Source of the DNA: an uncultured Planctomycetota bacterium
GTDB taxonomy: Bacteria; Planctomycetota; Planctomycetia; Pirellulales; Lacipirellulaceae
DNA length: 64,000 nucleotides
Assembly (NCBI GenBank): GCA_963719315.1
Contig: CAVRBU010000002.1
Span: 896,001-960,000 of the forward strand
Direction: 5' to 3'
In this document: positions 20,302-30,914 of the stretch, one piece after another
How positions within the stretch are numbered: position 1 is the first letter of the stretch
How the letters are laid out: each line of letters opens with the position of its first letter
The notes under the pieces: generated by a model
Told to the model about the DNA's origin: nothing
Databases searched by the model: none
The model's input: the letters and a program-made list of their open reading frames with translations, nothing else
Position numbers and translations under genes: made by a program

Positions 20302-20852
20302 ATGGCTAAAGTATTGCTCGTGATCGGCGATGGCGCGGAAGTGATCGACACGATGGTCCCGCTTTATAGGTTGGCGGAGGACTTCGAAGTCGTAAAAGCT
20401 GCGCCGGCTCGGCGGACGTATCATCTCGTGCAGCATCACCACGATCCCGATTGGGATATCACGGTCGAAACGCCCGGATATACGCTCGACTCCGACGTCG
20501 CCTTCCGCGACGTGAATCCGGCAGAATACTGCGGCCTGGTGCTTCCTGGGGGCCGTGCGCCGAATTCTTGCGATACGATCAGGACCTCATTCGCATTACG
20601 AAGCACTTTTTCGAACACCATAAACCGGTCGCCTCGATCTGCCATGGAATCGAGATTCTGGCCGCGGCCGATGTGATTCGCGGCCGCCGTGTGACTACGA
20701 TTCCGCGTTGCCGGCTGGATGCGGAGCTATCCGGCGCAACCTACGTTGCGGAAGGATTAGTGGTAGACGGCAATCTGTATTGTTGTCGCTTCAAAAAGGA
20801 ATGCGCTCCTTGGATGAAGACGTTTGTAGCGGAACTTCGACGACATCGTTAG
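20302..20852 (+). CDS. DJ-1/PfpI family protein; frameshift near 20562
   Basis: LVIGDGAEVID, LVLPGGRAP(E)FLR, KPVASICHG nucleophile elbow. Confidence 0.85.
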
Positions 20853-20862
20853 TTCGGGGCCG

Positions 20863-21981
20863 TTATCGCGGCACGGGTCGCGTGGAATCGCGGACCACCA
20901 GCTCGCAGCCCAGCGTAATGTGCCGAGGGGCCGCATTGGGCCGCTCAATGCGATCCAACATGGCGTGATACGCCGCGTCACCAATCGCCGCGAACGGCTG
21001 CCGCACCGTCGTTAACCGCACGCGTAGAAGTTCGGCATACCGCACGTCGTCAACGCCGCCGATCATGATATCGTGTGGGACTCGAACTCCCAATTCGTCG
21101 AGCGTGTGCAGTAGTCGGCCGGCCGTTACGTCGTTACCGCAAACGATGCCATCCGGCTTGTGCTTTCGCAGTATTTGCCGAATGTATGCTGTATCGCCAG
21201 GATCGCACTCGTGGATCATCTCCACATCGATCGGAACCTTACGAGTGATAAAAGCCTCTGTGAATCCTGCAGCCCGGGCATGAATCGTGCTTGCGGAGCC
21301 AGGCCGCAATACAAACACGAGCCGCTTACAGCCCGCCGCAAACATGTGCTCGGTGATTGTATGACCGACGCGGCGATTATTGATGCCGACTAGATCATGA
21401 TTGCTGCGGCCCGGATATTTCACGTAGTCGCGATCGAGCAGCACGACAGGGATACAAGCCTCGTCCAAAGCGGAAGCAATGCGGCGATTGATCACATCCT
21501 TGTTGGGAATTAATTCGAGCGGGGCGAAAAATACGCCGCCGACTTGATCGCGAATAAATCGCTGGCACAAATCCCAAGCGATCGCGCCCTTGTCGGCGCC
21601 GTTTCCCTGGCGATCGACCATCTGGGTGGCGCCCCACAGGAGCGAATTGCCTCCCTGCTGTGCCACGCGGGCCATTTCGCCACAAATCGGCTCAAAGACC
21701 TCGGTATCTCCCAAGCCGGGGATCAAAAGGCCGAATAGTTTGCCGCCACCGTGACGTTGCGAAACAAACGTTCCCGCTCCGCGTCGTCTGCTGACCAGCC
21801 CCCGGCGCTCGAGATCCTGCAGTGCCCGAGCCACGGTGGGCCGCGAAACGCCGAATTCGCGGATCAGCATCGCCTCCGCGGGAATGCGGTCACCCGGCTG
21901 ATAATCGCCTGACTCGATGCGATTCCGCATGATCTCGAACACCTGCCGATGCTTGGCGGCGAATTGTGTACTGATGTTCAC
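20863..21981 (-). CDS. GntR-HTH / LacI-type sugar-binding transcriptional regulator (AraR-like)
   Basis: PGDRIPAE...FGVSRPTVARAL...RRRGAGTFV; C-terminal CGNDVTA, VPHDI, LTTVRQP. Confidence 0.92.
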   Translation of the reverse strand: MNISTQFAAKHRQVFEIMRNRIESGDYQPGDRIPAEAMLIREFGVSRPTVARALQDLERRGLVSRRRGAGTFVSQRHGGGKLFGLLIPGLGDTEVFEPICGEMARVAQQGGNSLLWGATQMVDRQGNGADKGAIAWDLCQRFIRDQVGGVFFAPLELIPNKDVINRRIASALDEACIPVVLLDRDYVKYPGRSNHDLVGINNRRVGHTITEHMFAAGCKRLVFVLRPGSASTIHARAAGFTEAFITRKVPIDVEMIHECDPGDTAYIRQILRKHKPDGIVCGNDVTAGRLLHTLDELGVRVPHDIMIGGVDDVRYAELLRVRLTTVRQPFAAIGDAAYHAMLDRIERPNAAPRHITLGCELVVRDSTRPVPR

Positions 21982-22113
21982 TATGTCAAATTCCCCTCAA
22001 CCTTGATTCGGTACTGTATCCTTCGTCGGACCTCATCTTAACGATAGCGACGCCGTTTGCGACTGGGTTAGGACCAAGCCTCCAAATGCTATTACTATAC
22101 ACGCAACTTTTCA

Positions 22114-22141
22114 TTGACAACTCTTTGCTTATTAGTAGAAT
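22114..22141 (+). promoter_or_regulatory. Putative sigma70 promoter
   Basis: TTGACA-16 bp-TAGAAT about 110 bp upstream of the 22249 ORF. Confidence 0.55.
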
Positions 22142-22248
22142 TCAAAGTGGTACTCTTATCGAGTGCCTAATCGGCCGTTGACAATCATATTTTTTCTTGT
22201 CCAAAGCGGCGATTTTGTGGTTGGGCGATTCCTTGTGCGGAGAATCGC

Positions 22249-23010
22249 ATGGGTGGAAGTGACGTTCACGAATTGGCGCTTTTGGACCAGGCTGGCCGGG
22301 CTCTGGCCGAGGCCCAAAGCTTCGATCAAATCAAAGTCATCCGCGACAAAGCGGAGGCAGTTCGCAAATATGCCCAGAGCGCGTCGCTGGGGCTCGGCAT
22401 TCAGAACCGGGCCGCCGAAGTAAAACTCCGTGCCGAGCGGCAAGCCGGCAAGTTGCTGGCCCAAATGACATTGCGGGGCGGCGATCGGCGTTCAAAGAAC
22501 CACGATGAGCGTTTGAAGCTCGACGACTTGGGCATCAGTCGGAACCAGTCGACGCGTTGGCAAATGGAAGCCCGGGTTCCGGAAAACGTGTTTCGCGAAC
22601 ATATCCGCGAAATGTGTGATGCCGGCAAAGAGCTGACTTCCGCCAGATTAATGCGGTTCGCCAGGCAATGGGTCGAGGAGTCTGTTGTCAACGGGCGGGC
22701 TAATGGCCGCAATGGGCATAGCGCAAAACGAAACGGAAAGTCGCACAGCAATCGGTTGGCGAAGGAATCCACGGACCAATTGAGCAATTCGATCGCCGAG
22801 ATTGTCAACGAGCTGGCCAATCACCACCAGCTTCTCGACAATGTGCTTCAGCCGATTTATTCCGGCACGAACACGACGTTAGCGGCTGCCGAACGCCGTG
22901 TGCTGCGCTATTTATTGCTGGAATCACAGCAGCTTCTGGCACGACTGGAAAAGCTGCAACGCAATTCCGCCTCTCGCTGCACTTGCCAAGACGACTGGTC
23001 GAGTCGATAA
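22249..23010 (+). CDS. Hypothetical protein with a phage-like helical N-terminal domain
   Basis: 253 aa ORF; IRDKAEAVRKYA...EVKLRAERQAGKLL...GGDRRS...LDDLGISRNQSTRWQ. Confidence 0.7.
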   Translation: MGGSDVHELALLDQAGRALAEAQSFDQIKVIRDKAEAVRKYAQSASLGLGIQNRAAEVKLRAERQAGKLLAQMTLRGGDRRSKNHDERLKLDDLGISRNQSTRWQMEARVPENVFREHIREMCDAGKELTSARLMRFARQWVEESVVNGRANGRNGHSAKRNGKSHSNRLAKESTDQLSNSIAEIVNELANHHQLLDNVLQPIYSGTNTTLAAAERRVLRYLLLESQQLLARLEKLQRNSASRCTCQDDWSSR

Positions 23011-23046
23011 GTCCGACTTCGGCACCGCCCGGATGTGATGAAGGCT

Positions 23047-24303
23047 TTACAGCGGTTTCCCCGCTGTATTAGGCGCCGACAGAACGACCACGATTCCCAG
23101 CGCATAGACTAGAGCGCAGGCCGATCCAATCGCCGAGTAGTCGCTATGAAACCAGGTGAACAATCCCCCGGCGGCCAGCACACCCCCGGCCGTAACAAAG
23201 CGGCCGATGTTCATTGAAACGCCTGCACCGCTGGCCCTGACGCGCACGGGAAAAAGTTCTGGAAGGTACAGCGGGAGCCATCCGAAGTACAACGTAGCCA
23301 CCAATCCCTGAACGAAAACGATCGGCAAGAATGCTGGCTGCAAGGGCGCCGTCAGGCGGAACGTCGACCACGTTAGTGTTGCCGCGCCCAGACTGATCAG
23401 AAAATAGGACAACCGGCGGCCGATTCTCGCCGCGAGCGGAGCGCCAAGGAAACTACCAATCGTGGCTCCGAGGGCCCACCAGCCTTGCGTGGTTGCCTTG
23501 TAACCTGGCAAATCGGCCGCGCCGGCGACGTGATCGGCCCAGGGGATGATCCATTTGCTTCCGGCCCAGGCTCCGACGAGTGGAACCGATGCGAGCAAAA
23601 TGCCGACGAGTGTGGGGCGCAGCAAGTCGCCTCGAAACAACTCACTCAATGGCGGAGCGGGACTCTTCTCCTTTCCTCGCGAGGCCAACCATTTTGGCGA
23701 TTCAGGTAGCATCGTGAGGACGAGCACTCCGAGCGTGGCGGGAATTGCCGCTAGAACGAAGATCCACCGCCACGCATCGGGCGTGATCGTGTGCACTCGC
23801 ACTAACTGCGAGAGCCCCAGAATCCCCACGTTGATTCCCGCGCCCAGAATACCCGAGACCGTTGGACGCGACTTGTCGGGCCAGCACTCGGCCACCAGCG
23901 CGACTCCGTTCGGCCACATGCCCCCAACGCCTAGGCCCACCAAGAACCGGAGCAACAACATTTGTTCGCAAGTGTTGACTACTCCTCCCAACCCGGCGAA
24001 AAGGGAATAGAACAGCACGCTGACGCCCATCGCTCGCGCGCGGCCGATACGATCCCCAAGATTACCGAGCAAACTGCCACCCACCGCAGCCCCGAGCATC
24101 AAAGCGGCGGTAAACCAGGCGAACCACTGTCCGCCTAATGCATCCGTGAACTGGTTGCCGAGGAGGCTCTTGGTTACGGACAACGACGCGACCGGCATGA
24201 GACCCAGTTCAAAGCCGTCGAAGACGAGTCCCGAGAATGCCGCGGCCAAAACCGCGATGCGCGCTCCGCGAGATAACTCCGTACCGGCTGCCGGTGTCGA
24301 CAT
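23047..24303 (-). CDS. MFS transporter
   Basis: FDGFELG, GNLGDRIGR, LVAECWP, PES, LPELFP. Confidence 0.92.
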   Translation of the reverse strand: MSTPAAGTELSRGARIAVLAAAFSGLVFDGFELGLMPVASLSVTKSLLGNQFTDALGGQWFAWFTAALMLGAAVGGSLLGNLGDRIGRARAMGVSVLFYSLFAGLGGVVNTCEQMLLLRFLVGLGVGGMWPNGVALVAECWPDKSRPTVSGILGAGINVGILGLSQLVRVHTITPDAWRWIFVLAAIPATLGVLVLTMLPESPKWLASRGKEKSPAPPLSELFRGDLLRPTLVGILLASVPLVGAWAGSKWIIPWADHVAGAADLPGYKATTQGWWALGATIGSFLGAPLAARIGRRLSYFLISLGAATLTWSTFRLTAPLQPAFLPIVFVQGLVATLYFGWLPLYLPELFPVRVRASGAGVSMNIGRFVTAGGVLAAGGLFTWFHSDYSAIGSACALVYALGIVVVLSAPNTAGKPL

Positions 24304-24308
24304 CGCGC

Positions 24309-25307
24309 CTACTTTCCTGACAAGTGTTGATAATCTCGGTAGGCAGCCGCTAAATCGACGACGCTTTTCTCTGGCCCCGAATGCACGAGCACGCCGTATC
24401 GCAATCGCAGCTTATCGCCCGGCTTCACCTCAACCGAGCTTTTCTCTCCCTTGCCAAATGCCTGGCGTCCGAACGGATTGGCTTCCAACAGTCCGTAGTC
24501 GCGGGCATGAAACCAGCTAGGGCGAAAGTTCTCGGGATGACAAAAGATTGTCATACCAATGCGCTCGCCGTCCATGATCCCGCTGTAATCACACCAGTCG
24601 GCGGAGTTGCCCCAGATTTCATCGCCGTTTTTTCTTCCTTCCGAGTCCAAGATCGTGCCGTTGCCAGGTGGAATACTCCCTTCGGACTTTCGTTCCACGC
24701 GGAGAGGTGTCGCTACGCGAAAACCCAGGCCCATCTCTTCCTGATCGCCAAAAGCGAATTCGTGGTCCGAGGAGAACGTCGAATCCCACAACAAGAAATA
24801 GCCTTCCGGACGATCAATAAACGTGTAGCGAGCAATTTCATCGCAAACGACCTTGGTCGGGTCTTTTTGGTCGAGATACTTATTATGCACCGCGAAGGAG
24901 CCGCGGCCCGCTCCGCCCTTTGGCGGCTCGACGAAGTCGACCTGTCGCACCGGCGCCATAATCCGCCAATAGTCGGAGCCGTTGATGTCGCCGAAAGCCA
25001 TCCAGATTCCCGGATGGAACGTGGGATGGTCTGCCAAGTCCTGGCCTTCGATCGGCGGGTGGTTCCGCGTCACCTGCATTCCGTTCGGCGCACGCACGTG
25101 AGCAAAAAACGGGCGCGTGATCTTATCGTCGCGGTAGCAGTACACAGCAACGGGCAGGCCGTCGATCACCACGGTGACGCGGCCATCGCCTTGCGCAAAT
25201 TCGACAGGCGCCTTGCCCGGCTCCGTCGCGTTCAGGTTTTTCGCCGCGACACCGAAAGTGCCGAGGAAAGAAATCGACAGTACGATGAGTCGCTTGAATT
25301 GGCTCAT
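24309..25307 (-). CDS. Secreted DUF6807 (Pfam 'PmoA') family protein
   Basis: VTRNHPP, DHPTFHPGIW.AFGD, FGDQEEMG, WCDYSG, WFHARDYGLLEANPFG. Confidence 0.8.
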   Translation of the reverse strand: MSQFKRLIVLSISFLGTFGVAAKNLNATEPGKAPVEFAQGDGRVTVVIDGLPVAVYCYRDDKITRPFFAHVRAPNGMQVTRNHPPIEGQDLADHPTFHPGIWMAFGDINGSDYWRIMAPVRQVDFVEPPKGGAGRGSFAVHNKYLDQKDPTKVVCDEIARYTFIDRPEGYFLLWDSTFSSDHEFAFGDQEEMGLGFRVATPLRVERKSEGSIPPGNGTILDSEGRKNGDEIWGNSADWCDYSGIMDGERIGMTIFCHPENFRPSWFHARDYGLLEANPFGRQAFGKGEKSSVEVKPGDKLRLRYGVLVHSGPEKSVVDLAAAYRDYQHLSGK

Positions 25308-25310
25308 AAT

Positions 25311-26597
25311 TTATACACCCTGGGGAATCGCCCAGTGGCCGCCTTGGCGATATGTGCGTTTCATGAATTGGCCGGCCTCGTCGTCACCCACGATCAACTC
25401 GCGGGCCGGGTCGAACACCAATGAGCGGCCGGTACGAACGGCGATGTTGGCTAGGTGAACCAACGCGACGCTGCGATGCGCCTCTTCGATCGGCGCATTG
25501 GGCTTGCCGCCAGATCGTATCGTAGCCAAAAAGTTATCCATGTGTTCCATGTTCTTACTGAACTCGAAACGTTCCTGCTTGATGACCTTGTTCCGTGGCC
25601 CAAGGATTTCCAGCTTGCCGCGCTTGCTGATCATCATTTTGCCTTCGGTGCCCATGAATTCGACGCCGTTGTCGCAGTTGTACGGGTAATTGGTGGACCA
25701 GATTCGCAACTCGAAGATGAGTTGGCGGAGATGACCCACGTTTCCGTCGCCCGGGTATTCGAAAATGCAGGTTGCCGTATCGGGGTACTGCTGATCGTCG
25801 TCGTGGAAGTACTTTCCACCGATCGCGGCAATCTTCGAGGGCAGCGTATCGACCCCCAAGCCCCAACGTGCCATATCGATTTCGTGCGTCCCATCGTTCC
25901 CCACATCGCCCGTGCCGAATTGATACCACCAGTGCCAGTCGTAATGGAAACGGTTGGCCTGAAACGGCGCGAACTCGGCCGGCCCGACCCAGAGATCGTA
26001 GTCTACGCCGCGCGGAGGTTCCGAGGGCTTGGCGTGGCCAATATTCGGGCGAAATTGCACGTCCCAAGCCTTGGCAACGAGCACCTGACCGATTGCTCCG
26101 TCCCGAAGCATTGCCATGGCCTCGCGCGTCAGCGGCGAGCTGCGCTGCTGCGTGCCATGCTGCACGACGCGATCGCTGTCCTTGGCAGCCGCTAGAAGCA
26201 ATTGGCTTTCGCGAAAGTTGTGGCTGCAGGGCTTCTCGACATACACGTGCTTGCCGGCTTGCAGCGCTAGAAGCGCGGCCGGCGTGTGCCAGTGGTCGGG
26301 CGTGGCGATCACGACCGCATCGATGGACTTGTTGTCGAGCAGGCGGCGCATGTCGGCCACTGCGTGCGACGAATCGGCGCCCGCTTGCTTGGCCGCTTCA
26401 CCGAGCCGCTCCGCGTCCGGATCACACACGTAATCGGCGTACTCGAAGAATCGGCGTCCTCGGCCGCCACAACCGATCAAGCCGACGACAACCTTTTCGT
26501 TCGGGCTGGACGCACGTGCAGACGCAACCAAGTGCAGGGCCGCCAAGCTGCTGGCGCTGGCGTTTTTTAGGAAAGCGCGCCGCGATGCTGTCGCCAT
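25311..26597 (-). CDS. Tat-exported Gfo/Idh/MocA oxidoreductase
   Basis: SRRAFLK Tat motif; IGCGGRG; ATPDHWH; VYVEKP. Confidence 0.92.
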   Translation of the reverse strand: MATASRRAFLKNASASSLAALHLVASARASSPNEKVVVGLIGCGGRGRRFFEYADYVCDPDAERLGEAAKQAGADSSHAVADMRRLLDNKSIDAVVIATPDHWHTPAALLALQAGKHVYVEKPCSHNFRESQLLLAAAKDSDRVVQHGTQQRSSPLTREAMAMLRDGAIGQVLVAKAWDVQFRPNIGHAKPSEPPRGVDYDLWVGPAEFAPFQANRFHYDWHWWYQFGTGDVGNDGTHEIDMARWGLGVDTLPSKIAAIGGKYFHDDDQQYPDTATCIFEYPGDGNVGHLRQLIFELRIWSTNYPYNCDNGVEFMGTEGKMMISKRGKLEILGPRNKVIKQERFEFSKNMEHMDNFLATIRSGGKPNAPIEEAHRSVALVHLANIAVRTGRSLVFDPARELIVGDDEAGQFMKRTYRQGGHWAIPQGV

Positions 26598-26628
26598 GGA
26601 ATAGCCTCTTGAGGGAAACGAACAGGCT

Positions 26629-27512
26629 TCAGGACTGACTCAGCATAGCACGCAGCTTGGGATCTTGGATAACGCGAATGATCGCGCTGTTATCCAGTTC
26701 TCCCAAGCCGGCCGCCTCGGCCTGTTCGAGAAGCTCCAGATGCACGGCCGAAATCGGCAGCGACGCGCCACCCCGGGCCGCCTCTTCCAGCATAAGCCGC
26801 ACATCTTTGATGTGCTGCGCAAGCGCGCCTGCGGCTCGAACTCGCCGTGAACCATCATGGGCCCCTTGGCATCCATCGTGCGGGAATAGGCTGGGCTATT
26901 GAGCAGCACTTGCAAAGCGTCTTCCATGCTCAGCCCTGCCGCCTCGGCGAAAACAAGCCCTTCGGCTAGCACGGCGCGATTGAGCCCAAGAACGAGATTC
27001 GTGACCAACTTCATCTTCGCCGCGTTGCCCCAGTCGCCGACGTAAAAGGTCTTGGCGGCCAGACAGTCCCACAAGTCGCGGCACAAAGCGAACGCAGCGC
27101 GGTCACCCGCAACGATCGCCGTCGCTTCATGATTGCGCGTCTGCTCGCTCGATCCAGAAAATGGCGATTCCAGGTACTTGATGCCGTGTCGAGCCAAGCG
27201 TTTCCCCAAGGCGATGGTCTGCTGGGGATCGCTGGTGCTGGTGTCGATGACGATTCGGCCTTCCAAAGGCCGAGAGTTCATTTGCAGAAAAACCTGTTCC
27301 ACCTGGTCTGAAGTAAATAGACTAAAAATCACTCGCCGACAATTTGCGAGCGGGTTTTCGCACCAGGTCGCACCGCGGTCCAAAAGGGGTTGGGCTTTGG
27401 CTGGCGTACGGTTGTAAACCAGGACAGGAAAGCGATCCTCAAGCAACCGCTCGGCTAATGCCGTGCCAAATAGCCCGGTTCCGACAAGACCAACCGGTTC
27501 AAGAATAGACAA
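26629..27512 (-). CDS. NAD(P)-dependent beta-hydroxyacid dehydrogenase family protein; frameshift near 26820
   Basis: GLVGTGLFG, YNRT, IDTST, KMKLVTN; other frame continues QHIKDVRL...GELDNSAII to TGA at 26629. Confidence 0.88.
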
Positions 27513-28037
27513 GGGGCACCCGTCTCAAATACGCGGGGAAAGTAATGGTCAATTGGCATTGTAGCCAGTAAACCTATTCTGTTGAGGGTGTTAGACGAGA
27601 CATTTTTGGAAACGAACCGTCTCGGCGGCTAATTTGCGGTTCAACGACGGTCCGAAAAAAGTACGCCACGACTGGGCGGCTGCCGACGAGCCGATTTCCC
27701 AAAAAGCGGCAGGCAGCCGTTGAAACGTGATGGCGACGAGATTCCCGTAAACCCCGTAAACGAAATGAAAGGATTTTTGTTGAAACTTCCGCAGATTAAG
27801 TCCATGATAAGGAATAGCTTCGCCAGATGCTGAAACCGTTAGATGGCATACCCAATTTCTCATCGTGCGTGATGGAGCTTGATTGGTGTGTTATTTAGTG
27901 ACGGTTTGAATGCCTATCAGGCGGGATCGGCGTGAGAAGAGATCGGGACATTTAAGTACCAAACGATGGTTTGTAACTGCCGTCGCAGGCCGTTGCCAAA
28001 GAAGACGGTTGGATTTTTCGTTTCTACACCTCTGTAA

Positions 28038-28946
28038 TTGAAAGGCATGCTAATGACCACGAAATTTAGATACGACATTCTTTGTCGCTTTATCAGTGGG
28101 CCAGGATTGTGCGCCGCCGCATGTGCGGTTTCTACGATCTGGGGGCTGGGAGTGCTTTCCGCTCGGGCGTCAACGACGCTCGCAGCTAGCGCCGCGGACA
28201 CTCTGATCGACACGACGGATTACTCGGTACTTGGCTCCAACACAGGCTACTGGTTCGCGAATTTTGGAAATCCTACCGCTGTCACTGGCGACGCGATGAA
28301 CAGCTTCGAGGCCAGCAAGATTCCCTACTGGATCCACCTCGATACCAATCCGGCCCACGTCGGCAAGGCCGACGACGGCACAACCAATGATACTAGTGAG
28401 TACACTGGTTTCTCTTTCAGCGATGACACCCCCATCTCTAGTTCTACGGGAGGGCAGACAACTTGGAACACTCTGATGCTGCCAGACGGCACGACCGGCA
28501 TTTCCGGTGCTGCTGTCGATACTTCAAATGGGTCAGCAAATACAGACAACTGGGTCTTTATGAGGATCCTTCCTGGGGCGCCGTCGACTGCCAAAATGTG
28601 GGTCGTGACCGATAACTGGGGATCTGGCGCCGTGAATGCGGATCCAAATTCGCGGCTCCGAGTGAGAACCAAATTACTGGACGGTACCTTCATGGACATT
28701 GGCGATATATCACAGGTCGACTCGATTCCCGGCAATCCGGTGATCAACAACGGAATTGCCGACGCATATGCGTTCACACTGACGGACATAACGCCAGGAG
28801 ACGGTTTACTCATCCGGATCGGCTCGGGCGCATTCCCAAGCCACGGCTCGATCGCCGGGGTGATGTTCAACCCAATTCCGGAGCCTTCGAGTATTGCGCT
28901 ACTCTTCGTCGGCTTGCTTGGTTTTGGTGTTCGGCCACGACGTTGA
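28038..28946 (+). CDS. PEP-CTERM secreted protein, distant paralog of the two genes that follow
   Basis: Signal peptide; IPEPSS-TM-RPRR tail; GYWF, GGQTTWN, VVTDN, NGIAD motifs shared with 29014 and 30066. Confidence 0.85.
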   Translation: MKGMLMTTKFRYDILCRFISGPGLCAAACAVSTIWGLGVLSARASTTLAASAADTLIDTTDYSVLGSNTGYWFANFGNPTAVTGDAMNSFEASKIPYWIHLDTNPAHVGKADDGTTNDTSEYTGFSFSDDTPISSSTGGQTTWNTLMLPDGTTGISGAAVDTSNGSANTDNWVFMRILPGAPSTAKMWVVTDNWGSGAVNADPNSRLRVRTKLLDGTFMDIGDISQVDSIPGNPVINNGIADAYAFTLTDITPGDGLLIRIGSGAFPSHGSIAGVMFNPIPEPSSIALLFVGLLGFGVRPRR

Positions 28947-29013
28947 GGCTAATTCCTGACATGAATTCGGTTACGGGTTTTCGTCCGTGCCGCGGAGGAC
29001 ATTCCGAGTGTCT

Positions 29014-30069
29014 TCAGCGGTCACGGACGTTTTTCTTTAGGCGCCAGCGACTCCCGCACAACGCACCGCTGGTCAGCAAGAGCGCAGCGCTGCCTGGCTC
29101 TGGCACGGCCGATGGTTCTCGCAACCCACTAGCAGAACCGTCGTTCGCCGAATCGCCGAAGTGCGATCGCCAGACGGCGTAGTCGTCGGCGTCGATCTCG
29201 TTATCGGAGTTGCCATCGGCTGGCAGGAAGTAGCCACTTTGGCCAACCGACTCTCGCCACACGACGTAGTCGGCGGCATCCACTTCGTCGTCGCGATTGT
29301 AATCGCCCGCGAGCGGCAGCGCTAAGTTGGGCTCGAACGTCGTATCGAATAGAAGACCGCCGAAGCTGGCGCCGAGCGCTGGGGCCGGATCGCCATTGAG
29401 TTGCAGCTTGATGTAGTCGCCGCCGGCGAAGCCGTCGTAGCGGAAGGTGTACACGTCGGCAACGCCGTTGAACGCGAGCTGGGCGGTCTGGGGGTAAGTG
29501 TTGGCTTCAATGTCGATGCCGCCCGAATTGCCGCGCGCCCGCAGCCGGTTCGTCGGGTTGTGCTCGGAGTCGGTGTTGTCGGTCACGACGTGAAAATAAA
29601 ACGAGCTGGGTACGCCGACATTGAGTTGAATCCGGTTAATCGTGTTGTTCGAATTTCCGCGCGTCGCTGGATCGACGATCGCACCGGACAGCCCGGCCTC
29701 GCCACTGGGAAGCTTGAGCGGATTCCACGTCGGCTGGCCGCCTTTGGAGCGCGACGGTCCATCCTGCGAAAACGTGCGAGTGGAAAAATTTGGGTCGGAA
29801 ATGCTCGTGGCATGATTGAGCGGGCCCGCCCACGTTGGCAGTGCATCGCGCGCGTTTTCGCCCGTCGGTCTGGTGGCCACGGGGCTGGTCGCGCCAAACT
29901 GCGGAAACCAATAACCCGCGTTGCCGATATTGAGCCGATCGAAATCAGTTCGATCGTAGATTACGCCGATGTACGTGATGCTCGCCGCTTTGAGCGGTAG
30001 CCTGGCCCCCAAGGCCAACGTCAACGCGAGCCAGCAGGACAAGCACGATAATAGAATCGGCTGCTTCAT
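29014..30069 (-). CDS. Secreted protein with dockerin-like repeat and PEP-CTERM
   Basis: Signal peptide; GDYNRDDEVDAADYVVWR; VPEPGS tail. Confidence 0.88.
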   Translation of the reverse strand: MKQPILLSCLSCWLALTLALGARLPLKAASITYIGVIYDRTDFDRLNIGNAGYWFPQFGATSPVATRPTGENARDALPTWAGPLNHATSISDPNFSTRTFSQDGPSRSKGGQPTWNPLKLPSGEAGLSGAIVDPATRGNSNNTINRIQLNVGVPSSFYFHVVTDNTDSEHNPTNRLRARGNSGGIDIEANTYPQTAQLAFNGVADVYTFRYDGFAGGDYIKLQLNGDPAPALGASFGGLLFDTTFEPNLALPLAGDYNRDDEVDAADYVVWRESVGQSGYFLPADGNSDNEIDADDYAVWRSHFGDSANDGSASGLREPSAVPEPGSAALLLTSGALCGSRWRLKKNVRDR

Positions 30070-30836
30070 CTCACGCTCGCGGACGCTGCTTTGGGCTCGA
30101 ACACCGTATCAAAGAGAAACCCGCCGATGCTGGGGCCTTCCTGGTGATTTGGATCTCCGTTGAGCCGCACCTTGATGAAGTCTCCCTCGCCAAACCCGTC
30201 GTAGCGAAACGTGTAGACATCGGCAATGCCGTTGAACTTCAGTTCCTCGCCTTTTGGTGATGTGTTGGCCTCCAGGTCAACGCCGTTTGAGTTTCCGCGA
30301 GCCTGAAGGCGGTTCGTCGGATCGTGCTCCCTGTTTGTGTTATCGGTCACGATGTGGAAGAAAAAAGTGGGCGGTGTCCCCTTGCCAAGTTGAATGCGGT
30401 TGATCGTGTTGTTGGAATTCTTGCAGGCGTGCGGATCGACAATCGCGCCCGAGCGCCCCGTCTTACCGTAGGGAAGCGTGAACTCATTCCACTTCGGCTG
30501 TCCGCCCTTGGACCTCCCAGGACCGTCTTGCGAAAACGTCCGCGTCAAATAAGCCGGGTCCAAAAAACTGGTCACGTGGTTTAACGGGCCAGCCCACGCC
30601 GGCAGGGCGTCGCACACATTCTCGTCTGTCGGCCGTCCCGCAACTGGACTCTTCGCGCCGAATTGGGGAAACCAGTACCCGGCCTTGCCGATGTTCAACT
30701 GCTTGAAATCCGTGCGGTCGTGGATGACCCCGATATACGTGATCGTCGCGGCGGCTTCGACCGACTGCACCGTCACGCAAACCATCGTGATAGCGGCCGC
30801 AATGGCAAGGGCACGAGATTTGATCCGCTGCTTCAT
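30066..30836 (-). CDS. Secreted hypothetical protein, unanchored paralog of 29014-30069
   Basis: Colinear with the neighbour from ITYIGVI to FDT.FEP; no anchor. Confidence 0.85.
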   Translation of the reverse strand: MKQRIKSRALAIAAAITMVCVTVQSVEAAATITYIGVIHDRTDFKQLNIGKAGYWFPQFGAKSPVAGRPTDENVCDALPAWAGPLNHVTSFLDPAYLTRTFSQDGPGRSKGGQPKWNEFTLPYGKTGRSGAIVDPHACKNSNNTINRIQLGKGTPPTFFFHIVTDNTNREHDPTNRLQARGNSNGVDLEANTSPKGEELKFNGIADVYTFRYDGFGEGDFIKVRLNGDPNHQEGPSIGGFLFDTVFEPKAASASVR

Positions 30837-30914
30837 GAGGTTCGTTCTCGCTTCAGCAAAGGCTGCAGTTGCGCAAGACCACACGTCAAATGGAGTGGAG
30901 AACATTGGCCGCCG

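Noticed and set aside
24309..25307. Methane monooxygenase, suggested by the Pfam name 'PmoA'
   Set aside because: Soluble secreted protein with no pmoC/pmoB neighbours; the family name is misleading.
27513..28037. Possible ncRNA or riboswitch in the 520 bp divergent intergenic region
   Set aside because: Only short hairpins and a CCGTAAAC tandem were seen; no recognisable RNA motif.
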